64,000 bases of DNA from Burkholderiales bacterium (GTDB lineage: Bacteria; Pseudomonadota; Gammaproteobacteria; Burkholderiales; Eutrophovitaceae), in NCBI GenBank assembly GCA_030834275.1, contig JAURFP010000001.1:17359-81358 (forward strand), in the 5' to 3' direction. The notes under the pieces are model-generated. The model did not search any database, was not told the origin of the DNA, and saw nothing but the letters and a program-made list of their open reading frames with translations. How positions within the stretch are numbered: the first letter of the stretch is position 1; the number at the start of each line of letters is the position of its first letter. Shown piece by piece: positions 56,945 through 64,000 of this stretch. Made by a program: the position numbers and the translations under genes.

Positions 56945-57838
56945 TTAGTTAACTAAACCGATTACTCGAGCCGCCTCCAACACATCTAATCGCTGCTCGT
57001 CCGAGAGTCGAATCACGGGAGGAATCGATCGACCGCAGTCGATTTTCAAGCGATGCGAAAGAACGACCTTACAAACATCTGCATGCGCGGAGTACATCCA
57101 CACGAGATCGACGATTGGTTTTGTTTTATTTTGTAGCTCCTGAGCAACCAAAAAATCACCAGACTCCCAAGCATTAAAGAGTTTCACATAGTGCCAAGGC
57201 GCAAGAGTTAGGGGCGCATCGACCGTGCCCACTGCGCCCATACTGAGAGCCGGCAATGGGAATGCACCATTGCCAGAAAAACAAATAAGCCCCATGTCAA
57301 CGAAATCTTTAATCCTGGAGAACTCATGCGCAGAGTGCTTGAGCCCTTTCAAATTTGGAATTTCCTTTTGAAGTTTGCTCAATAAACTAGGTGTGAGATC
57401 AACGTGGGTGAGTTGCGGCAAGTTATAAACAAAAAAATCTTTATCTACCGCTACACCTGCTACTCGTTTATAAAATTCAACGATAGAGTTTTCGTTGCTC
57501 ATAAAGAAAAGAGGAGGAAGACAGCAGATGGCGTCACAGCCCGCACGGACCGCAGCATTTACACCGTTAAGTGCACTCTCCAAACTCATCGCGCCAACAT
57601 GAAAAATAGTCTTCGCTCTCCCCTTACAAATTTCTCCTGAGATCATTGCTAAATCTGCGCGTTGTTGATCGGTTAATATCGGGCCCTCTCCGGTACTCCC
57701 GGCAATCCAAAAGCCATGGCAACCATGTCGCAGATTGTCCTCCAAGATGGCCTTGACAGCGACAGTGTTTATCCGACCCGCCTGATCAATCGGCGTCGGG
57801 GGCGCAGGAAAAACACCGCGATAAGATGATGTGCTCAT
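56945..57838 (-). CDS. Dihydrodipicolinate synthase-family aldolase/lyase (second DapA-like paralog)
   Basis: 297 aa. Motif: GVFPAPPTPIDQAGRIN...GFWIAGSTGEGPILTDQQR. Confidence 0.75.
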   Translation of the reverse strand: MSTSSYRGVFPAPPTPIDQAGRINTVAVKAILEDNLRHGCHGFWIAGSTGEGPILTDQQRADLAMISGEICKGRAKTIFHVGAMSLESALNGVNAAVRAGCDAICCLPPLFFMSNENSIVEFYKRVAGVAVDKDFFVYNLPQLTHVDLTPSLLSKLQKEIPNLKGLKHSAHEFSRIKDFVDMGLICFSGNGAFPLPALSMGAVGTVDAPLTLAPWHYVKLFNAWESGDFLVAQELQNKTKPIVDLVWMYSAHADVCKVVLSHRLKIDCGRSIPPVIRLSDEQRLDVLEAARVIGLVN

Positions 57839-57918
57839 ATCATTAAAGAATAATTAAAAATAGTACCTGTGGGATGGTAATATTAACCAATCGTAAACTT
57901 TCACATTACATCCCGCTC

Positions 57919-58533
57919 ATGATCAGAATTTATCATTTCCCCCGTACGCGTGGCTTCCGAGTAATTTGGCTTTGCGAGGAGCTTAAGATCCCTTATGAGG
58001 TCATTAATATTGATTTTGCTCCTGAGTACCGATTTGGAAAAGATTACGGAAAGTTAAATCCTCTTGGGAAAGTCCCAACCTTAGTGGATGAGGAAACGAT
58101 TATGTCTGAGAGTGGAGCCATGCTTCAATACGTGCTCGATAAATTTGGTGGTGGAAGATTACAACCAGGGGCAGATGAATCTTCTCGAGCAGCGTTCCTG
58201 CAATGGTGCTGGTTTGGGGAAGCAACGTTTTCGCGCCCGATTAGCGAAATCGTTAATCACAAAAGAAACTTCCCAGAGAACCCCAAGCAAGACGTAATCG
58301 ATGAAATGAAGAAACGTTGCCGGGCGTGTATGAATGTCGTCGAGAAAGAAATGGAAGGAAAAGATTATATTTTAGGTAACGATTTCTCCGCAGCCGATAT
58401 TATGATCGGTTACAACTTCGTTCCGTACAGCCGTTACACGGAAGAAGTACTATCTCCCAACGTAGCAAGCTACTATGAGCGTCTCTGTTCCAGAGAAGCT
58501 TTTAAGCGAGCGGTTGAGGCGGAGACAAAGTAG
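57919..58533 (+). CDS. Glutathione S-transferase
   Basis: Thioredoxin-like N-domain (KVPTLVDEETIMSESGAMLQY) plus a helical C-domain. The start is set at MIRIYHFP (ATG 57919) rather than the ORF track's 57874. Confidence 0.8.
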   Translation: MIRIYHFPRTRGFRVIWLCEELKIPYEVINIDFAPEYRFGKDYGKLNPLGKVPTLVDEETIMSESGAMLQYVLDKFGGGRLQPGADESSRAAFLQWCWFGEATFSRPISEIVNHKRNFPENPKQDVIDEMKKRCRACMNVVEKEMEGKDYILGNDFSAADIMIGYNFVPYSRYTEEVLSPNVASYYERLCSREAFKRAVEAETK

Positions 58534-58557
58534 AACGTAGCTGGAAGGAGTAGCCCA

Positions 58558-59631
58558 TTACTCTGCATTACCCTGTACGGGATAGCCACCATCACGCCAT
58601 CGCAGCATCCCACCAGAAAGATTCGCGACCTGGGTAAATCCAGCCTTTTGCAAGTGCATCACCGCTTGAGCAGAGCGAGCCCCCGATCGACAAACCGTAA
58701 CTACTGGCTTATCTCGATTCAACTCAACGCTTCTGTCTAATAAAGAGTCGAGCGGGATTAACAATGCGTTAGGGATATGGCCCAAAGCCCCCTCATACTC
58801 TTGCTGCTCACGTACATCTACGATTTGTACTCTACTCAAACTCTCCTCTAGCTCAGGGGGGTCAATCTCCCAGATACCAGCAAAAGTAAATTTTAAGCTT
58901 GCCCAATGTTGAGCATTCTCGGCAGCAATATCACCATCTGGTTTCCCACATTTAAGATTAGCCGGAAGCGCTCGATCGATTTGTTTCGGATGCGGTAACT
59001 TGAGATTTTTCATGTAACCTGAGAAATCCTCTGGGTTGATATTGCCCCCTAATCTAGGGTTAAAACGTTTTTCTTCGGCGACACTCGTGACAGTGAGACC
59101 ACGGTAGTCATGCCCTGGATACAACAAACATGAATCGGGTAACGAAAATATCTGCGAGTGAACAGATTCGTACATCATGTGAGGACTTCCCTGCTGAAAG
59201 TCAGTTCGACCGCTTCCACGAATGAGTAATACATCTCCAGTAAAGGCGATACTCTGATCTTCAAGGACGAACGTTACACATCCATCTGTGTGTCCAGGCG
59301 TTGAGCGAACTTCCAATATTTGATCGCCAAACACCACGGTGTCTCCAGTCTTAACGTATCGATCTGCACCTTCAGCGCCACTACTGGCGGAGAGAATAAT
59401 CTCACTCCCCAGTTTTTGTTTTAGTAACCAAGCGCTCGTCACATGATCCGCATGCACGTGGGTTTCAAGCGTCGCAAGTAACTTCAAACCCAACTCATTG
59501 ATCAAAGCAGTATCACGCATGGCTTGCTCAAAAACTGGATCTATGAGCACACATTCCCTCGTTTTTTCATCGGCCAACAAGTAAGTGTAAGTCGAAGAAC
59601 TTGGATCGAATAATTGTCTAAAAATCAACAT
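58558..59631 (-). CDS. Persulfide dioxygenase (ETHE1-like MBL fold) fused to a C-terminal rhodanese domain
   Basis: 357 aa. [10 protein letters not shown] (HxHxDH), PGHTDG, and a C-terminal rhodanese active-site loop CRSGARS. Confidence 0.8.
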   Translation of the reverse strand: MLIFRQLFDPSSSTYTYLLADEKTRECVLIDPVFEQAMRDTALINELGLKLLATLETHVHADHVTSAWLLKQKLGSEIILSASSGAEGADRYVKTGDTVVFGDQILEVRSTPGHTDGCVTFVLEDQSIAFTGDVLLIRGSGRTDFQQGSPHMMYESVHSQIFSLPDSCLLYPGHDYRGLTVTSVAEEKRFNPRLGGNINPEDFSGYMKNLKLPHPKQIDRALPANLKCGKPDGDIAAENAQHWASLKFTFAGIWEIDPPELEESLSRVQIVDVREQQEYEGALGHIPNALLIPLDSLLDRSVELNRDKPVVTVCRSGARSAQAVMHLQKAGFTQVANLSGGMLRWRDGGYPVQGNAE

Positions 59632-59688
59632 TGAAAACCCTTACAAGTTAAATCTATAAACGAAATTATATCCCGCTCAGGAGATCCC

Positions 59689-60732
59689 TCATTTGGATTT
59701 TTTTTGAACGATATCTACGAATTTATTGGTATATGTTTTTTTGATATCAATCGGAGATTGCGACAAATTATTAAATTGCGCTAAAGCTCTGAGCGCCGCC
59801 TCAGCAGCGCCAGGCTCAAACCTTCCATCGGGCGAAAAACTCAAGCGCTGACGATCCAGCGCCATGCTGAATAACTTAGGATCTCCCATGAGGTTCTTCT
59901 CGGGAAGCACTGCCATGATCTCTTCATTGGTCGAAGCGGATATCCACCTCAGAGACTTAATGATGGCGCGCGTCAGTTGCGTAACAGTTTTCGGATTCTT
60001 CTCAATCCACTTTGTTGTCGCGTAAAGACTCGCCGATGGAATTGCGGCTCCGTAAACCTTTTGAGATCCAGCCGCAGTCATGGTCTCGACGACCTCTCGA
60101 GCTAGCCCATCGCGCTCCAGTATTGATACGACCGGCTCTATGTTAGCTAAGGCATCAATATGTCCTGCGGAGATTGCGGCTATCGCACTTTGCCCGGTAC
60201 CTACACCGATGATCGATACTTGATTTGGTTTGAGATTGACGCTCGCTAATAGCGCGTTCACAAACATATTTGTCGATGATCCAGGTGCGGTTACACCTAT
60301 CTTCCAACCCTTCAGAACGCCTGGGCCGCTCCACTCAGGTTCACGTTTTTTTGTGACAACCAATGAGATTGCAGGGGTTCGCCCTTGCACAACGAATGCA
60401 GTCAAAAATTGACCTCGGGCTTGCATCATAATGGTGTGATCGAAACCACCAGACACCACATCCGCGCTCCCGCCAACCATGGCCTGCAATGCTTTTGAAC
60501 CTCCCGGAAAGTCAAGAATCGATACATCAAGCCCCTCCTCCTTGAAAAAACCTTTACGCTCTGCAACGGTAAGCGGTAGGTAGTAAAGCGTTGCTTTCCC
60601 CCCCACCGCAATTGTCACCGTCTTACTCTCGGCTAGAGAAACACCTGGAATAAAAGGCATAGCGCTCAAGAGCATTGCCAATCCAAAAGAATATTTACAA
60701 AAGATAGAAACAGACATCATTCTTATTTTCAT
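59689..60732 (-). CDS. ABC-type periplasmic substrate-binding protein, NMT1/SsuA/TauA-like (no permease/ATPase in window)
   Basis: Signal peptide, then the pattern ...TIAVGGKATLYYLPLTVAERKGFFKEEGLDV...GGSADVVSGGFDH. The start is chosen at ATG 60732 (MKIRMM), while the ORF track starts at TTG 60765. Confidence 0.65.
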   Translation of the reverse strand: MKIRMMSVSIFCKYSFGLAMLLSAMPFIPGVSLAESKTVTIAVGGKATLYYLPLTVAERKGFFKEEGLDVSILDFPGGSKALQAMVGGSADVVSGGFDHTIMMQARGQFLTAFVVQGRTPAISLVVTKKREPEWSGPGVLKGWKIGVTAPGSSTNMFVNALLASVNLKPNQVSIIGVGTGQSAIAAISAGHIDALANIEPVVSILERDGLAREVVETMTAAGSQKVYGAAIPSASLYATTKWIEKNPKTVTQLTRAIIKSLRWISASTNEEIMAVLPEKNLMGDPKLFSMALDRQRLSFSPDGRFEPGAAEAALRALAQFNNLSQSPIDIKKTYTNKFVDIVQKKSK

Positions 60733-60761
60733 ATTTTCACCCACAAAAAAATGCTTTCCGA

Positions 60762-61436
60762 TCAACGCCCGCCCGACTGATTGGCGATGGATTCTATCTG
60801 AGCATCTGTCAGATACTTGGTATTACAAAGAAATAAATCCAGAAGACAGGCCTGAAAATTTTGATTTAGCTGATGCGCTTGATAGACCTCTTGTTGCAAG
60901 GGGTTTAGATCATCAAGATTGCAAGGCAAGAGCGTTCCTACAGTGGCTAAACAACTCTTAAAGTTTCTCTCAAGGTACCTCTCCCGCATCTCTAATTTCT
61001 CATTAGCGGAAAGTAAATTCGTCCTGCATTCTTGAGACCCAGCCATACAGAGCTCTCGATTGCGTTTCAATTGATTATTCTCTACAAGAATTCTCTGATC
61101 AGGAGATAAGAAATCGAATCGACACTTAGTGGACCCACTCAAACACTGACTAAGATTTATCGTTGAAAGCGCCTCATCCACTAGTACCCGCTCTGCGTGG
61201 CTTAATCGGTCTTTGTTACAACTAGCGCCTCGCATGCAAGCATTTAGGTGATCAGTATGTAATGCCTTGAGAACAATATTTTTTTCAGGCTCGCTCAATA
61301 AGTCATATTGGCACGCGGTATTCCCAGCGATGCAGAGCGATAAATTACTTTCGGTTTGCACATCAGGCGCTGCGGATACATTCCCCAGAAAAAACTGACA
61401 AAACCCGAAACATAATCCCCAGAGCCAAGGCGACAT
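60762..61436 (-). CDS. Secreted protein made of six Cys-pair repeats (unknown family)
   Basis: Signal peptide MSPWLWGLCFGFCQFFLGNVSA (ATG 61436), followed by six units of 30-35 aa. Each unit has the pattern L-x2-C-x5-9-C-x3-4-L-(S/T/N)-x2-(E/Q). Confidence 0.6.
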   Translation of the reverse strand: MSPWLWGLCFGFCQFFLGNVSAAPDVQTESNLSLCIAGNTACQYDLLSEPEKNIVLKALHTDHLNACMRGASCNKDRLSHAERVLVDEALSTINLSQCLSGSTKCRFDFLSPDQRILVENNQLKRNRELCMAGSQECRTNLLSANEKLEMRERYLERNFKSCLATVGTLLPCNLDDLNPLQQEVYQAHQLNQNFQACLLDLFLCNTKYLTDAQIESIANQSGGR

Positions 61437-61449
61437 TGGTTGCCCCACG

Positions 61450-61857
61450 CTAGTTAACGTATGTCTCCAACGCACCCCGCAAATCATCAGGAATTGGCGC
61501 GGGTCTTTTACTATTCAGGTCGGTGAGGACAATAACGGTTTTCGCTCGCATCCTCTCGTCTCCTTCGGGGCCAGTTATCACGTATGTTAGTGTTAGTGAT
61601 GAACGCCCTATCTTTTCAATCGAAATATTGACATTGATCATCTCACCGTAGCGAGTTGGAGCTATAAAATCCGTCTCTAAACGTGCCATAGGCCACCCCA
61701 ACTTCAGGTCATTTATGAAATGATGTTGGGGGAACCCAATATGGATTAAAAAATCTTCCTTCGCCTCGCTACAAATGTAGAAATACTGGGGATAAAAAAC
61801 AATACCAAATGGATCGCAATTGGAAAATTGAACTAATTTTTTTACCGAATATTTCAC
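61450..61857 (-). CDS. Acyl-CoA thioesterase, hotdog fold (4HBT family)
   Basis: 135 aa. QFSNCDPFGIVFYPQYFYICSEAKEDFL. GTG start with a GAGGTGG SD. Confidence 0.75.
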   Translation of the reverse strand: MKYSVKKLVQFSNCDPFGIVFYPQYFYICSEAKEDFLIHIGFPQHHFINDLKLGWPMARLETDFIAPTRYGEMINVNISIEKIGRSSLTLTYVITGPEGDERMRAKTVIVLTDLNSKRPAPIPDDLRGALETYVN

Positions 61858-61959
61858 GAGACACCACCTCTGTTGGCTATAGTTTCACCTGTACCGAGGA
61901 CAGTGTACCAATTAAACCCGCTAGTCGAGCACCTCACTCAAAATCATAATCAGTTAAGC

Positions 61960-62937
61960 TTAAAAAGCCCCGCCGCTCGCAGAATCAGATCTCCCCTTCA
62001 TTAGGCTCCTCATTAAAACCGCAAGCTCGATGGCGCGATCCGCCTTTGAAACTAAATTAGAACCAGAGCTCACGATACAGGATAGGGTTGATAAAACTTC
62101 AAGACTATCAACAGTACTGCTCATGTGACTCGTAGATGATCTTTCATCAAAAAGAGCATTTCGTATTTTTCCCATCAATCGACTGCCCCACATTCTCCGC
62201 ACGGATTGGTCGATCCAACGATTTATTTCCTGATCTGACAAAACGTACCCTCTCCAATCCTTCAGATTCCGCCGCTCCTTCACCGCCATCTCAACCGCTC
62301 GCACAAACTGGGAGGCAATGTTTTCTTCCCTCGAAGGAATCTTATGAGCAAGACTCGCCGTTAACTCACTGATACCCACCGGAAAAATCGACCCACCATC
62401 CTCTGATTGCCAAACAGCCACGAACCGGGCGCGTCCATTTCTCATGTCATTAATAAATATCATTTTGAGGATAAATCTGCCTGGCAGACCAAGATCGAGG
62501 TCATATGTCGCAGGAAAACTCAATGTCAATTTCATGATGGCACCATAACTATTCAACTCAAATTCCGTATCAATATCATCAGGATCGAGTCTGATAATTG
62601 GCAATGTCTCGAGCACTAAATCTACAATACGCTGGTGAGACAGTATTTTTTTTCCACGTAAAACTTGAATTTCGGAACTTAGCGTACTGTTTTTTCGATC
62701 CGAGCTAGGGATCAATAAATCGCGATGTAATTTTTTGGAAATACGATTGTTATCATCAATGTTCTCAGGAGGGACCGCTCTACGCTCAAAATTAGGAATA
62801 CGATCGATGAGACCGCGCAAACTTCCATCAAAACACTTACGTGTTCGATTGGACTTATCAAATTGATCCCTTGCATGGACCACATGACCGAGTGAACCAC
62901 TTGAGTCAGAAAAAGAAGAGAAAGAAAGTTGCTCCAT
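61960..62937 (-). CDS. Hypothetical protein, no family recognised
   Basis: 325 aa counted from ATG 62937, which has a consensus AGGAGG 5 nt upstream. The track's earlier starts (GTG 63003, ATG 62991) fall inside a palindrome. I could find no motif. Confidence 0.6.
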   Translation of the reverse strand: MEQLSFSSFSDSSGSLGHVVHARDQFDKSNRTRKCFDGSLRGLIDRIPNFERRAVPPENIDDNNRISKKLHRDLLIPSSDRKNSTLSSEIQVLRGKKILSHQRIVDLVLETLPIIRLDPDDIDTEFELNSYGAIMKLTLSFPATYDLDLGLPGRFILKMIFINDMRNGRARFVAVWQSEDGGSIFPVGISELTASLAHKIPSREENIASQFVRAVEMAVKERRNLKDWRGYVLSDQEINRWIDQSVRRMWGSRLMGKIRNALFDERSSTSHMSSTVDSLEVLSTLSCIVSSGSNLVSKADRAIELAVLMRSLMKGRSDSASGGAF

Positions 62938-62983
62938 GACTACCTCCTGTATTGTTTTGTTGGAAGTAGTATGCAATTGGTAC

Positions 62984-63002
62984 TGGCTCATAGGATGAGC
63001 CA
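62984..63002. promoter_or_regulatory. Perfect 8-bp inverted repeat (candidate operator) between the WYL regulator gene and the hypothetical gene
   Basis: TGGCTCAT-AGG-ATGAGCCA, 40 nt after the regulator stop and 46-65 nt upstream of ATG 62937. No U-tract follows, so it is unlikely to be a terminator. Confidence 0.4.
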
Positions 63003-63042
63003 CCCAGGGACATATCTAAATTTTTTTATTTAATACAATCAA

Positions 63043-64000
63043 TTACTTATTATAAATATTCACATTTTTAATCAGCTCACTTGATACTCGATCCCTCAAT
63101 TCTGGCGGGGAAAGCACCTCCACATCCGCTCCATACTTCAGTATATCCATGAGAAGTTCTGGCTCCTGCGTGTACGGCACTTTTAAGACAAAAGCCCCAT
63201 CATCTTCATAGTAACTCTCTTGATTTGGGTGCCACTGCTCCTGAGATACCCACATGGCTCTTTTTTGATTAAATTTAAGAGTAGCCCACTTAAGGTCATT
63301 TCCCGAAAATATTCCGTATCCAGCTCCCAAAACCTCGTCGAGCTCATCTTTTGTACGATCGACTGCAATTTTTTCTAGCAAAGTCACTTTACGAACAGCG
63401 TCAAGAGCAAAGCTCCGTACCCCCTCGACCATATGACACCAGGCATCTACGTACCAGTTATCTCGGTAATAAACCAACCGCTGCGGAGAAATCTCACGTT
63501 GGGTTTCTTCATTACGTGATCGCACAAAATAACTGATGTCCAACCGGCTGCGGCTCATGACTGCTAACGCGACCGATTCAAAACAGTGGATTCGATGACT
63601 CCTAGAACCCATATTCAAAATCTTAATGCGCTCTCGAATCGATTGCGCCGAATAATCACCAAGCTCAATTAAAGTCTCGAGTTTTTCTTTGAGAGGCTCT
63701 AAACGACTTCCCAATAAACCTGGTTGCATTTGCGCAAGCAGGCTTTCCATGGAGAGAAGCGCCAAAATCTCAGATTGATTGAACCAGATTCCAGGCAACT
63801 CGTAGGGTATCTTCTGCGAGGAGGTAGTGAGGGCGTAGCCCCCTAAGTCTCTGTCGTACTCAATCGGAGCATTCAGTCGGTCTCTGAGGTACTCTAAATC
63901 ACGCTTGAAAGTCGCTCTAGAGACGGAAAGTTCATCTAGAAACGTCTCCAGTGAGACAACTCTATTCTGCCGAAGCAATCGATCAATCTTATAAAAACGC
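63043..64000 (-). CDS. HTH-WYL-domain transcriptional regulator (YafY/BrxR/CapW-like), 5' end outside the window
   Basis: The frame remains open to base 64000 (…RFYKIDRLLRQNRVVSLETFLDELSVSRATFKRDLEYL is the wHTH). The WYL core is RLVYYRDNWYVDAWCHMVEGVRSFALDAVRKV. The M assigned by the ORF track at 63978 is an internal TTG (Leu). Confidence 0.8.
   Translation of the reverse strand, partial: RFYKIDRLLRQNRVVSLETFLDELSVSRATFKRDLEYLRDRLNAPIEYDRDLGGYALTTSSQKIPYELPGIWFNQSEILALLSMESLLAQMQPGLLGSRLEPLKEKLETLIELGDYSAQSIRERIKILNMGSRSHRIHCFESVALAVMSRSRLDISYFVRSRNEETQREISPQRLVYYRDNWYVDAWCHMVEGVRSFALDAVRKVTLLEKIAVDRTKDELDEVLGAGYGIFSGNDLKWATLKFNQKRAMWVSQEQWHPNQESYYEDDGAFVLKVPYTQEPELLMDILKYGADVEVLSPPELRDRVSSELIKNVNIYNK

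Noticed and set aside
58558-59631. The metallo-beta-lactamase plus rhodanese fusion might be a novel architecture.
   Set aside because: Persulfide dioxygenase-rhodanese fusions are well described in Proteobacteria. The motifs here (HxHxDH, CRSGARS) are canonical.
1-64000. I searched by eye for tRNA/rRNA genes, CRISPR repeats, IS elements and transposases, integrases, phage structural genes, toxin-antitoxin pairs, and classic defence domains (restriction enzymes, helicase-nuclease, TIR, cyclases).
   Set aside because: None was recognised in any frame or in the spacers. Apart from the WYL locus, the window looks like core or accessory metabolism rather than a mobile or defence island.

Overview
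This 64-kb window is a very gene-dense bacterial chromosomal segment with about 62 protein-coding genes on both strands. I recognised no rRNA, tRNA, CRISPR array, IS element, integrase or phage gene. Spacers are mostly under 100 nt, and several junctions show start/stop coupling (ATGA at 10813-10816 and 42037-42040; TAATG at 26373 and 32304). The protein families and compactness suggest a proteobacterial, possibly marine gammaproteobacterial, heterotroph, but that is only a weak inference. Most of the content is catabolic. It includes acyl-CoA metabolism (gcdH fragment, four acyl-CoA dehydrogenases, MaoC hydratases, hotdog thioesterases, a 3-hydroxyacyl-CoA dehydrogenase), a Tat-exported IorAB-type molybdenum hydroxylase with XdhC, and an omega-amino-acid transaminase / M81 peptidase / mmsA cluster. 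It also carries a rhodanese / molybdopterin oxidoreductase / MFS cluster, a Nudix-MBL fusion with an M20 peptidase, a HisD paralog, PhyH plus murI, and an RND efflux pair. Further genes include split ChrA, gshA, an amidase/DASS operon, an acyl-CoA ligase, GST, a persulfide dioxygenase-rhodanese fusion and two orphan solute-binding proteins. The loci I find least ordinary are five. (1) At the right edge, the only recognisable transcription factor (a WYL-domain regulator running off the window), a perfect palindrome, and a 325-aa protein I cannot place. (2) A queD-queE operon whose QueD is a three-module PTPS fusion with one intact active-site motif, followed by a secreted Sel1 protein and an SDR lacking the catalytic Tyr/Lys. 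(3) Two tandem, exported, TTG-initiated FGE/SUMF1-fold paralogs with no sulfatase nearby. (4) A secreted protein built from six Cys-pair repeats, next to an orphan binding protein. (5) A two-module gamma-glutamylcyclotransferase fusion. None of these is demonstrated to be a new system. All functional statements are family-level calls read by eye from the translations, and no database search was possible.
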